Assembly: GCA_964537315.1 (NCBI GenBank)
Contig: CAZIAP010000003.1
Location: 463-64,462 of the forward strand
Direction of reading: 5' to 3'
From: an uncultured Gammaproteobacteria bacterium
GTDB taxonomy: Bacteria; Patescibacteriota; Microgenomatia; Levybacterales; GWA1-39-11
Length of the DNA stretch: 64,000 nucleotides
Position 1 is the first letter of the stretch. Every line of letters starts with the position of its first letter. The notes under the pieces are model-generated. The model worked only from the letters and a program-made list of their open reading frames with translations, was not told where the DNA came from and did not search any database. Positions 52,301 through 59,451 of this stretch are shown here, in pieces. The position numbers and the translations under genes were made by a program.

Positions 52301-55300
52301 CCTGTTCGGTTTAATCCGGTTGAGAAAGTAAGCGGCACTTCATAGTCTGTACCAGCCTCAAGTGGTAACTGGTAGTCAGTACCAGCAACAGCAACTGCCA
52401 GTTCACCGGTAGGAGCTATAGCTTTAACTAGCCCCCCAGCGTTTAGACCAGAGAGAGTTATACCTGAAAAAGTAGGAGTAGATGTAATCGCAATATTTTG
52501 TGGTAGAGACAGGGTAATATCTCCGCCTATAACTCTACCAGTACCACCAGTAACCGATATCTGATCAGCAGTACCGATTACGTCTGAGAGCGATGTGACA
52601 CCCGTACCACCACTTGCAACAGGTAGAGTACCTTCAACTTCAGATTCCAGGTCAACCGTTGTACCAAGAGTGGTAGAGATAACTCCACCTGAGATTTGAA
52701 GACCTGTACCCACAAAGTCAGAGATTGTGTCGCCATTCACCGTAAGTGTTGTGAGTGTTAAGGCACTAAATGTTGGACTAGAGGTAGTGGTTAGGTGTTG
52801 TCCAGTATCAAACTCTAACTGATCGTTACCAATTGAGTTAGCATTTATTGCAAGAGTAATACCTGCATTTTCACTCCCTGATCCTGTCACACCAATCTGA
52901 GTGTTGCCTGTAATGGTTGCCACATAGTTACCGGTGGTGTGAGTAGCGAGTTGGATCAGATCATTTAGAGTATTTGCACCAGTTCCACCGCTTGCTATAG
53001 GTAGGATTCCGGTTACGTCTGTAGTCAGATCAATAGCATTCAAAGTTATCTCTTGATCAGATAATGTTAGGTAATCATATGCTCCTGCTAATGTTACTGG
53101 ATCGTGTGAGGCTCCTGTGATGGATGCATCAAGATCTTTCAAAACTCCCTGAACAGTGGTTGCAGAGCTATTGGCAAACTCATCATACACACCAACAAGA
53201 GACGCACCTGAGGTGATATTTGAAGTACCTACATCTTCAAGGCCAATCGTGCCTAATGTTAAAGATCCGAATGTTACATCTGCAGCTGTATCTATATTTT
53301 GAGGTAGAGAAAGAGTAATATTACCAGTTGCGCCAGAAACAGAGACCTGGTTTGCAGTTCCTGCAAGGGAAAGTACTCCTGAGTTAGCAATGGTGGTACC
53401 TGTGATAGTAATTCCTGCACCTTCTGCAAGGGTAATGTTGCCTGTTGCACCTTGGAAGGAGAGAACACCTGTGTTTGTAATCGTGTTTCCTGTTCGGTTT
53501 AATCCGGTTGAGAAAGTAAGCGGCACTTCATAGTCTGTACCAGCCTCAAGTGGTAACTGGTAGTCAGTACCAGCAACAGCAACTGCCAGTTCACCTGTAG
53601 GAGAGATAGCTTTCACTAGTCCTCCAGCGTTTAGACCAGAGAGAGTCATACCTGAAAAAGTAGGAGTAGATGTAGTTGCAATACTTTGTGGTAGAGACAG
53701 GGTAATATCTCCGCCAATAACACGTCCAGTACCACCACTTACTGAGATTTGATTTGCTGTACCAACTACATCAGACAGGGAAGTAACTCCAGTACCACCG
53801 CTACCAACAGGAAGTATTCCTTCAACTTCAGATTCCAGATCAACCGTTGTGCCAAGAGTGGTAGAGATAACTCCACCTGTAATTTGAAGACCTGTACCCA
53901 CAAAATCTGTAATAGTATCACCATTGATACTAAGAGTAGAAAGAGTTAGAGCTGAGAAAGTAGGAGTAGAGGTGGTGGTCAAGTGCTGACCCGTATCAAA
54001 CTCTAATTGATCGTTGCCAATTGAGTTGGCATTAATAGATAAGGTAACTAACGCATTCTCTGTACCTGAGTTTCCAACAGTGATTTGGTCACTGCCTGTA
54101 ATGGTTGCCACATAATTACCTGTGGTGTGAGTTGCAAGCTGGATCAGATCATTTAGAGTATTTGCGCCAGTTCCACCATTAGCTACTGGTAAGATTCCGG
54201 TCACGTCAGTGGCAAGATCAATTGCGTTAAGGGTAATTTGTTGATCTGATAAACTAAGATAGTTGTATGCTCCTGCTAATGTTACTGGATCGTGTGAAGC
54301 ACCTGTTATAGAAGCATCAAGATCTTTCAAAACTCCCTGAACAGTGGTTGCAGAGCTATTGGCAAACTCATCATATACACCAATGAGTGAAGCTCCTGAA
54401 TTAAGGTTTGAAGTACCTGCATCTGCAAGACCGATACTTCCAATAGATAATGAGGAAACAGATAGATTAGCAAAGGTCACATCTGACGTTGTAGTCAAAT
54501 GTTGTCCTGTATCAAAAGCAAGTTGGTCGTTACCAATAGAGTTTGCGTTGATGGCAAGAGTAACAAGTGCATTTTCAGAACCTGAGTTTCCAACTGTAAT
54601 CTGATCGTTTCCGGTGATTGTGGCAACATAATTACCGGTTGTGTGTTGCCCAAGAGCTATTAAGTTATCAAGAGTTATTGAACCGGTACCACCACTTGAA
54701 ACAGGGAGAACTCCCGTGACTTCAGAGGTTAAGTCTATGGATTGTCCTAGTAGAGATACCTCTCCACTTACATCAGGAAAGGTGTATGTTCTGTCAGATG
54801 AAAGATCGTCAACATCAAATATACCAAAATATGTATCTCCAACAGACTCAAGAATTCGTAGAGTTGAAGCTGAGTTATTTAATACGATGTCAAAGGCTCC
54901 TGTTTGGTTCCAGTCTTCGGTGAGTGAGCCTAAAGCAATAGTACCATCTTCTGTGATTGGTCCGCCTGTAAGTCCGCTTCCAGTATTGATTTGAGTAACT
55001 GTACCGCCTGAATTAGTGTCAACGGAGGAAATGGTTATTGTGTTGTTAGCGCCAAAGGAGACTGAGGTTCCACCACTTCCTGCAAACCGTATCGAGTCAC
55101 TATTGGAAGTTGCTGAAAACTGAGTAGTACCTGATGCGTTTGCAATATCTTTGAAAATGTTCTGACTTGAACCTTTATCAGTATTTACAACTGAGTCATC
55201 AATTCTACTCAGTCCATCACTGAAAGTAAGAGGAACTTCATAGTCAGTGCCTGCAGTAGCAATAGACAGCTGTCCCGTTGAGTCTATTGCCTTAACTAGA

Positions 55301-58239
55301 CCTCCTGCTGAGAGACCTGCAAATGTAATTGTGCCTCCGACAGAGAGGTTTCCTGATGTTCCACCATCAGTTAAAGAAAGTAGAGTGTTGCTACCGTCTG
55401 TTATAGTAAGTGACCCTGTGTTAGCAATTGATATAGCTGTTGCAGGGTTATTGAAAGCAAGTGGAGTAGCAGAAGTAAATGTCCAGTTTCCACTTACTGT
55501 CTCATTTAGATTTTTTCGTGCAATTGAGGAATTTATATAATCAATAGCAATATTTATTTCACCTGCTGGAGATTCAGTAAGAGTAAAGTCAGTGCCATTA
55601 AAATCTAAAGTGTCAGCGCTATCGCTGACTGTAACATCTCCTTCTTGTACGGTTACTACCGCGCTGCTCAGTCCACCAACATCTGGAGAACACTCCCAGA
55701 GCTGAGAAACCGCATTCCATTTAAGAATATACTCGTTATCACATCCTCGTAGTAGAGAGAGTCCGGCAGCAGTAAGTTCGAGTCCGGAGTTAGATGACTG
55801 TGTAGAGGTACTTCCTGATGTAGTAAGTTCTATGCCAAGTGTCAGATTAGAACCTTCTGAACCACCATCCGCACCTGTTAAACCTAGTCCACTGGTAATT
55901 GATGCAACGTAGTTTCCATTCGTATGCGTTCCAAGTGTAATTAAGTCATTCAGTGTGTTTGCACCCGTACCGCCGCTTGCAACAGGTAATATTCCCGTTA
56001 TCTCAGTTGGTCCTCCCGCAAGATTTAGCGCGCTTGAGGTAAGAACACCATTGCTATCTGTATGAACGATGCCTGATGTAAATCCGTTGAGTTTAATATT
56101 TCCTGTTGTTACGGATCCTAACGTAAGGTCTATAGAATTTGTCGTAGCCAATATACCATCTGCAGTAATATACATAGACCCTGATCCATCAGAAATAGTT
56201 GCTCGCGGAGTTCCGCTTGATACGTTTGTTATAGCAAATGCTGCACTGGCAGTAGAGGAACCTCCTATTGCAAAGTCAACAGAAGTATCTTTAGGACTGA
56301 TAAGACCTGTACTCTGATCCCAGAAATTACTTCCTCCTACCGCTCCTGCAACATCTGTCCATGAAAGCTGTCCAGCGCCATTTGTTGTTAACACATATCC
56401 AGTTGATCCATCAGCGGATGGCCATGTGTAAGGCACATCATTTACTCCGAAAGATGTTGTTCCGGTAATTCGGACATTTCCACCGACTGTTAGTGTCTGT
56501 GAAGGGTTGGATGTACCGATGCCTACACGATTGTTTGCTGTGTCAACAAAAAAGGTAGAACCATCGATACTGACTGAATAGTTTGAGGAAGACGGTGATA
56601 TAGAAAGGTTCGCGTCGAGAGTAAGAGTATCTCTTAAATCAGAAAAATCTAAACAATCTATACAGGAAAACGATGCTGCTGTTAGAGAAAGACCAGGAAA
56701 GTTAATCTGAGATCCTGTTGCTGTAACATTTAAATCTCCGGTTGATGTAGTCTGAAAAGTAACATATGCGCTTCCATCATAAGCAAGTCTCAACTGGGGG
56801 ACAGCTGTAGACTGTGACTCAATCTTTGCTCCGGGGGTGGTTGTCCCAATTCCAACAAGATCACTACCCGTTTCAAGTCGTACCACAGATCCATCATCTA
56901 CCCAACCTGGAACTGCTCCGGTACTTGTAATAGTAACTGTTTTTGTACTTGTGTTGGTTGAAAGTCCTATTCCAGAACCAGCTACAAATCTTAGGATATC
57001 TGTGTTTGATGAGGCATTTAACTCAGTTCCATTAACAGTGATTGTTTTGAAAATATTCTGAGCCGATCCAGTGTCTGAGTTTGATATAGTAAGGCCATCG
57101 ATTGATATACCTGAACCTGCTGAGAGTGTAACTGCTCCAGTTTGTCCTTGGAGAGTTAATACACTGTCGGGAACTGTAACAGAGATGACTGGATTCTGTC
57201 CTCCAGTTACAGATACGTTGTCTCCGGCGGTGATAGAATATATCAAGTTTGAAGCTGTAACCGTACCTGCTCCGACATCAATATTTCCTCCCTCAACCAA
57301 TAAGTCTGCATCCTGTAGAGTGACAGTGTTTGTAAATAAGGATGCACCTTCTACATTTATGTCTCCTCTGAAAGTGGTTGCTCCTTTGAATATTGCATCG
57401 ATGTTGAATGCAAGAGATGCTTTTAGGTTTGTTGTTTGTTCAGCAAGTACTTCCTGGGGAGAGTTGACAGTCTCAGAAGTATAAAGGTTACTAGAGGAGT
57501 TGCTATTTTTCGAGTACGTTATATACGTAGCAGCTGAAGCTGTGATTACAAATAGCAATAATGCAGATATAACAGCCGGTTTCTGAGCTCTCTTAAAGTT
57601 TGGTAAAGAAAATAAGTTAATAGAAAAAGATGGGGACTTTAGGTGTGAAAAGTTAGATTTTTGTTCTGGTATTTGAGCCTCCCTATATGCATATTGCTCG
57701 ATTTGACTCTGCTGGGAAGTATCTGGGGTAAGTGGAGTAATATGGAGTTTTCTAACTTTATCAGGATTGTTGACAAAGTCCATTGGGGTCAAAATTTGGC
57801 TGTGATTCTCGCTAGTTGGTGTATTAGGTTGTAGAATTGATGAGGACGAGCTTTTCTGATTGCTTACTGTAGGACTCTGTGTACGTAGTTTTTTTTTAGC
57901 TTCCAATGTTTTAATATACTTTTGAACTACTTGAGGATCGTACATTCTCTCACCACGTGAGTTCCGTGTAGAAGGAAGAATATTTTTCTGCTCTAATCTT
58001 CTTAGAGTCGAGGGTGAAATGCCTAGCTTGGATGCAGTTTGTGAAATGGTTAAAGGAAACGAAGCTTTTAAAGCTTTTAACTGCTCAACGTCAAAATGTC
58101 TGTTTTTCCCATCAATTCTGATGGCTTGGATTTTTCCAGCTTTATCCCATCTACGAATTGTGTCAATTGATACACCAAGAAACTTTGCAGCTTCTCCAAT
58201 ACTCATGTATTTTTTATGTTCGGGCAGGTGTCTTGGCAT
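37375..58239 (-). CDS. giant repetitive cell-surface protein 2 (6954 aa) with N-terminal 2x MerR/excisionase-type HTH and single TM anchor
   Basis: It is a continuous ORF. The HTH motifs are 'MSIGEAAKFLGVSIDTIRRWDKAGKIQAIRIDGKNRHF' and 'LTISQTASKLGISPSTLRRLEQKNIL'. The TM is 'AVISALLLFVITASAATYI' at ~aa 225-245. About 6700 aa of repeats follow ('ILPVANGGTGANTLNDLIQLATHTTGNYVATITG' occurs more than 12 times). Confidence 0.85.
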   Translation of the reverse strand: MPRHLPEHKKYMSIGEAAKFLGVSIDTIRRWDKAGKIQAIRIDGKNRHFDVEQLKALKASFPLTISQTASKLGISPSTLRRLEQKNILPSTRNSRGERMYDPQVVQKYIKTLEAKKKLRTQSPTVSNQKSSSSSILQPNTPTSENHSQILTPMDFVNNPDKVRKLHITPLTPDTSQQSQIEQYAYREAQIPEQKSNFSHLKSPSFSINLFSLPNFKRAQKPAVISALLLFVITASAATYITYSKNSNSSSNLYTSETVNSPQEVLAEQTTNLKASLAFNIDAIFKGATTFRGDINVEGASLFTNTVTLQDADLLVEGGNIDVGAGTVTASNLIYSITAGDNVSVTGGQNPVISVTVPDSVLTLQGQTGAVTLSAGSGISIDGLTISNSDTGSAQNIFKTITVNGTELNASSNTDILRFVAGSGIGLSTNTSTKTVTITSTGAVPGWVDDGSVVRLETGSDLVGIGTTTPGAKIESQSTAVPQLRLAYDGSAYVTFQTTSTGDLNVTATGSQINFPGLSLTAASFSCIDCLDFSDLRDTLTLDANLSISPSSSNYSVSIDGSTFFVDTANNRVGIGTSNPSQTLTVGGNVRITGTTSFGVNDVPYTWPSADGSTGYVLTTNGAGQLSWTDVAGAVGGSNFWDQSTGLISPKDTSVDFAIGGSSTASAAFAITNVSSGTPRATISDGSGSMYITADGILATTNSIDLTLGSVTTGNIKLNGFTSGIVHTDSNGVLTSSALNLAGGPTEITGILPVASGGTGANTLNDLITLGTHTNGNYVASITSGLGLTGADGGSEGSNLTLGIELTTSGSTSTQSSNSGLELTAAGLSLLRGCDNEYILKWNAVSQLWECSPDVGGLSSAVVTVQEGDVTVSDSADTLDFNGTDFTLTESPAGEINIAIDYINSSIARKNLNETVSGNWTFTSATPLAFNNPATAISIANTGSLTITDGSNTLLSLTDGGTSGNLSVGGTITFAGLSAGGLVKAIDSTGQLSIATAGTDYEVPLTFSDGLSRIDDSVVNTDKGSSQNIFKDIANASGTTQFSATSNSDSIRFAGSGGTSVSFGANNTITISSVDTNSGGTVTQINTGSGLTGGPITEDGTIALGSLTEDWNQTGAFDIVLNNSASTLRILESVGDTYFGIFDVDDLSSDRTYTFPDVSGEVSLLGQSIDLTSEVTGVLPVSSGGTGSITLDNLIALGQHTTGNYVATITGNDQITVGNSGSENALVTLAINANSIGNDQLAFDTGQHLTTTSDVTFANLSVSSLSIGSIGLADAGTSNLNSGASLIGVYDEFANSSATTVQGVLKDLDASITGASHDPVTLAGAYNYLSLSDQQITLNAIDLATDVTGILPVANGGTGANTLNDLIQLATHTTGNYVATITGSDQITVGNSGTENALVTLSINANSIGNDQLEFDTGQHLTTTSTPTFSALTLSTLSINGDTITDFVGTGLQITGGVISTTLGTTVDLESEVEGILPVGSGGTGVTSLSDVVGTANQISVSGGTGRVIGGDITLSLPQSIATTSTPTFSGMTLSGLNAGGLVKAISPTGELAVAVAGTDYQLPLEAGTDYEVPLTFSTGLNRTGNTITNTGVLSFQGATGNITLAEGAGITITGTTIANSGVLSLAGTANQVSVSGATGNITLSLPQNIDTAADVTFGSLTLGTIGLEDVGTSNITSGASLVGVYDEFANSSATTVQGVLKDLDASITGASHDPVTLAGAYDYLTLSDQEITLNAIDLTTDVTGILPIASGGTGANTLNDLIQLATHTTGNYVATITGNTQIGVTGSGSENAGITLAINANSIGNDQLEFDTGQHLTTTSSPTFSALTLTTLTVNGDTISDFVGTGLQISGGVISTTLGTTVDLESEVEGTLPVASGGTGVTSLSDVIGTADQISVTGGTGRVIGGDITLSLPQNIAITSTPTFSGITLSGLNAGGLVKAIAPTGELAVAVAGTDYQLPLEAGTDYEVPLTFSTGLNRTGNTITNTGVLSFQGATGNITLAEGAGITITGTTIANSGVLSLAGTANQVSVSGATGNITISLPQDIATTSNVTFGSLTLGTIGLEDVGTSNITSGASLVGVYDEFSNSSGVTVQQVLADLDATLTSVTHDPVTLAGSYNYLTLNNQVITLGQVDISDDTNLTAGTNLTLTDDTLSVDDVFLLNTGDTGNGNYVFTGTMDLTGTILTGASPLIFEGTTADGFQTAFTITDPTATRTITFPDRSGEVSLLGQTIDLTTEVTGILPIASGGTGANTLNDLIQLATHTTGNYVATITGNTQISVTGSGSENAAITLAINANSIGNDQLEFDTGQALTSVSSPTFSGLTLTTLSINGDTISDFVGTGLQISGGVISTTLGTTVDLESEVEGTLPVASGGTGATSFTAGGILYGTGTSPIGASAAGIAGQVLISGGAGAPSWINSSAVGTNYWQYAQGALSSINVSDDLLIGGSATNSALIRFGGTANTDSFFNTGGNLGIGTTAPGSKLDVQGGIRLGDDNDPDNILNTTATATAPSGYLYWGNRQICDTTGNCAGTGGGLTGSGTQNYIAKFSSSGSVGDSSIFDNGNIGIGTTTPNYLLEVAGTTNITGDATLGSTLAVSGLATFSSGIAVNGDTITDFVGTGLQISGGVISTTLGTDIDLASEVTGILPATHGGTGLNASTVTAGQLLIGNGTNGNFDLANLTPGEGISITNGDGSITIAGEDASTTNKGIASFNDAYFSVAAGAVSIDDIYLLNTGDTGNGNYVFTGTMDLTGTVLASASPLVFEGTTANGFQTVFAITDPTATRTITFPDRSGEVSLLGQTIGNSELENDSITVTAGTGLSGGGTVALGGTITLNNTGVTSFQSLTGDVTLTPGDGIDITGTTITNTGLLSLNGATGVLTLANASEAGGTITIADATADGTTKGIAAFNSTNFSAASGVINTIQDIATTSSPEFTGLTLSGNAAINGGNLTSTASTFNLLNSDVTTLNLGGTATINLAGGYGSTGVTINTSGDIQANGDLTVDGTTTFGGVSYTWPGADAGVSGYVLSSNGSGGLSWIDIGTATTQFWSLKNGAIYPINTTLDFFIGGSSTESANFAFINSNSGTPTASVSAGLAGASYLTADGTLATTAMQNLNFGTNETGDILFNNAGNVGIGTSNPVSALDVAGGIRLGTDSNANNILNTSQASGAPSGFLYWGDRTICDTSGNCAGVGGGITGAGTTNFVAKFTDTGAIGSSSIFDNGNVGIGTTTPTNGFKLDVSGGIRGTDGLTITTGTISLPAGQIDNLELANDSVTISAGTGLSGGGTVTLGSTISINNDGVLSFQGQTGDVTLTAGTGIDITGTTISNTGVTSLTGTVNQVNVSGATGNVTLSLPQDIHTAATPTFAGITINDDSITDFVGTGLQLNIGVLSTTLGTDVDLTSEVTGILPVANGGTGANTLDNLITLGQHTTGNYVATITGNTQISVTGSGSENAGITLAINANSIGNDQLAFDTGQHLTTTSDVTFANLSVSSLSIGSIGLEDVGVSNITSGASLVGIFDEFTHSNATTIQSVLADFDAAITGAEHSPVTLAGSYDYLTLSDQQITLNAIDLTTDVTGILPVANGGTGANTLNDLIQLATHTTGNYVATITGNTQISVTGSGSENAGITLAINANSIGNDQLAFDTGQHLTTISSPTFAGLTISGLSTGLVKSDANGVLSNAVAGTDYEVPLTFSTGLNRTGNTITNTGVLSFQGATGNVTLAEGAGITITGTTIANSGVLSLAGTANQVSVSGATGSITLSLPQNIDSAADVTFGSLTLGSIGLEDIGTSNITSGASLIGVYDEFTHSSSTNVQDVLADFDAAITGAEHSPVTLAGSYDYLTLSDQQITLNAIDLTTDVTGILPVANGGTGANTLNDLIQLATHTTGNYVATITGNDQITVGNSGTENALVTLSIAANSIGNDQLTFDTGQHLTTVSSPTFSGLTLTTLSINGDTITDFVGNGLKITGGVISTTLGTTVDLESEVEGTLPVASGGTGVTSLSDVIGTADQISVTGGTGRVIGGDITLSLPQSIATTSTPTFSGMTLSGLNAGGLVKAISPTGELAVAVAGTDYQLPLEAGTDYEVPLTFSTGLNRTGNTITNTGVLSFQGATGNITLAEGAGITITGTTIANSGVLSLAGTANQVSVSGATGNITLSLPQSIATSSDVTFGSLTLGSVGLEDAGASNITSGASLIGVYDEFTNSDATTVQQALADLDSAISGASHDPVTLAGSYDYLTLSGQQITLNAIDLATDVSGILPVANGGTGATTLNDLITLGTHTTGNYVATITGNTQISVTGSGSENAGITLAINADSIGDAQLAFNTGQHLTTASTPTFAGLTVSGLSTGLVKSDANGVLSNAVAGTDYQLPLEAGTDYEVPLTFGNGLTRSTNSIGLGGTLTSSTDLDLDGNNFTFSGTGNVGIGISTPTAFRLQVEGDIGPATDAVYDLGSTGGRWNSLYLTDRIDFHDGVSSGHMEMTLSGLILNANTSIINHLGGASGTTGFFVRNSSSTNRLIVGDMGHFSLGVNQAAPMTNLGAFNVNGYVPGKALAIFNETGDQAILTASASGTTRFVIQNDGNVGIGITNPAHNLSVVGTVNATGATSLGSTLGVTGLATFSNGINVGGDTITDFTGTGLTLSGSSLSTTLGTDIDLTSEVTGILPVANGGTGANTLNDLITLGQHTTGNYVATITGNTQISVSGSGSENAGITLAINANSIGDAQLEYNTGQHLTTASGVTFGSLTLGTIGLEDVGVSNITSGASLVGVFDEFTNSSATTVQGVLADLDTAITVASHNPVTLAGSYDYLTLSDQEITLTAIDLAADVSGILPIANGGTGATTLNDLIALGQHTTGNYVATITGNTQISVTGSGSENAGITLAINADSIGDAQLAFNTGQHLTTASTPTFAGLTVSGLGSGLVMSDASGVLSNAVAGTDYQLPLEAGTDYEVPLTFNNGLTRSTNTIGLGGTLTENTTIANGGFDFNISGTGNVGIGTTAPSNKLHVAGSVTIDQGNVTNKKSLVISNTGPGTTGIQIGDLNIGDNSGSLIKYDIANKRLGYSVRGGLGGGAFGAHEFTTDAGASAAFEAVLRAKGGGAGADLFSGVQSDGTEVFNVGYDGSGYFAGNVGIGITNPSHKLSVDGTTNITGLTTIGSTLTVAGDMGINTDGSTTSAPRAIGFYNLSSGEAVRVQFGDPYNGFQSLYGGSTQIYGYHGIEIIGARGNTNSPTFVSGSGASDASLRVRNDQNSSLILALQGHTSQTHNLQEWQDASGNALSVVDAAGNFGIGTTSPGSYKLNVNGATNISGAATLGSTLQVDGISTFAANINANGGFDVDDVFVIADGGNLTTSGTSTFNGTLTANGALNLGDGADAITIHGSSITLPDFTTNGGLLYTDGSGVLTQLATTGGVDECLRSNGDGTYTWGDCGGEGTFTNWWDQSNGALHLTNTTLDVLIGSTATSSATIKLPGVTNQDAFFNLGTGNLGIGITNPSHKLSVAGTTNITGATTLGSTLGVNGSVSFDSTLTVGGNIDFNGTSNDIAGTLNLSGNALTSSGALSITPNAGNNLNINLSGAGDFAINTNQLYVDTSLGQVGIGTTAPVAQLHVTTDGTSGNRGISLDQHSNAAHAAQFNFRKSRGTLTSPASVQNGDYNGIFFFKNYEGGVYRHNAGFGALVNGAVSSNNVPTDLFFYTSASDDADPFGNGSVRLLINSAGNIGMGTTTPDAKTEILSTSEQLRLTHTDASKYASFTVDSDGKLTIGTQAGLELTGGTLTASDFSCTDCLDFSELADTMTLDADWNVSMGSNNINFGSGNFFVNGSTGNIGIGTTAATHRLELADHTTAAGGIAFGTDVELYRSGSNTLALASGDSLNIVSGSLQMGGVNTITSDRLFTAANGSAATPAFSFSSDTNTGIYGDGSDTLNFATAGVQRAFFNVGGHFLPGADDTYDLGASGSARWRNLYLGPDSLHVQCTSGDGCSTNLDYALGINTANDNFFIGLNGHAGSLNPLLSLTTSGNLGIGTTNPTARLSVGGTNSTIGNSSGDLTINAAANLILNPTSGNVGIGTTSPGGKLHLKSGSGNTELWLEDGSSTNQWSLFTNTNGTIGFWDISNATGPFSIEEGASTNSLFINSGGNIGIGTNVPQYKLHVEGDMRINRDFMIGFFEPDSKGTRAGFGSNSANDLIFESGGAVENMRLTGVGNLGIGTTAPGHILELASHTTAAGGIGFGTDVELYRSGVNTLALASGDSFNIVSGSLQSGGTTVIDSNRRIFAADGTSSLPGLSFSSGSNTGISRSSGNGMVFSAAGATRMTVNSSSIFLLEPVAIGASILPTGRQLHVEASFSTTTQYVAQFHNTNTGTTSRGILVSNGRGTAGWGANNYLISFGGSSGGTTITGKIQGATNAVVYSTSGGDYAEYFLFNQLEPKPTVGEIVMVDSTKSNTVRSANGSNAIVGIVSDTPGFVGNGPVCDSEDLNCDSNYELTNVLVGLTGQLPVKVSNINGPIKAGDPITASQIRGYGAKAINAGEIVGRALSDFNPSTGIGNTHVCPASESTDAVCGTIKVYLNPGWHDPNIQFAANGELQIAQNGNDWLVINDNGDIAQDSKAYADLFAANIKSGKIESEDIFATNLVATSGLFENINASFLSSDSLTINNTLAAGKITTDEIAMSDFKVITGDSKLSIMDKTSTQGALFSVDLSGNAKFAGSVTTPEIIADEGSIETLTVKNLIVENISGLTASSSAFFDLGAGIEADFADFDFATINADLTVLGTTTLREAAITETLAIGAGELVINSNSINTLSDTLEIQPLKQQPVSIMAGAVTFNTDGTVRFTENVAFEKNVSVEGELVTSVIKGVNDVLNVSGSANFERIGVEATAPEVVNNTTVNASGSAGLVTLKAYQTQVRVNNDNVTEDSLIFITPVGSTGGQQVYLKNQVAGQHFTVEIENVVNQDIRFNFLIVN
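37757..38411. repeat. ~655-bp near-identical segment shared with 28775-29428
   Basis: See the paired repeat at 28775-29428. It encodes an identical ~215-aa C-terminal module in both giant proteins. Confidence 0.85.
43300..54700. repeat. in-frame near-identical super-repeats (~1.2 kb units) inside giant gene 2
   Basis: 'gcggcacttcatagtctgtaccagcctcaagtggtaactggtagtcagtaccagcaacagcaactgccagttcacc' recurs at ~45981, ~52332 and ~53520. The spacing is 1188 bp. Related copies lie at ~43390, ~45090 and ~47130. Boundaries are approximate. Confidence 0.7.
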
Positions 58240-58512
58240 GATAAAAGGTATTGATGATCTTTTAGTGCATTTCTGCTTTAAATATCTATGCTTTGATCAA
58301 CCAATACCTATATATTTATTGAACCATTGTTTTCACAAAAGTGTCAAGTATACAAATAGATGAATGAGCATGTTTTGTACACACTTCGAGGCTGAGGAGG
58401 AATGTAAGAAAACTGATCTGGTGACAATTGTTGCATAGATCAACAAAAAAATAAAAATGTGTATTTTAAATCACTAAATTTTAGCGTGAAAATCAACCAA
58501 AATATTGTATGA

Positions 58513-59439
<927 letters not shown>

Positions 59440-59451
59440 AGACTGTTATTT

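Noticed and set aside
28431-58239. Possibility that the highly repetitive region is a CRISPR array or non-coding satellite
   Set aside because: The repeats are ~1.2 kb long, maintain one open reading frame for 20.9 kb and encode conserved motif blocks. There are no short direct repeats with unique spacers.
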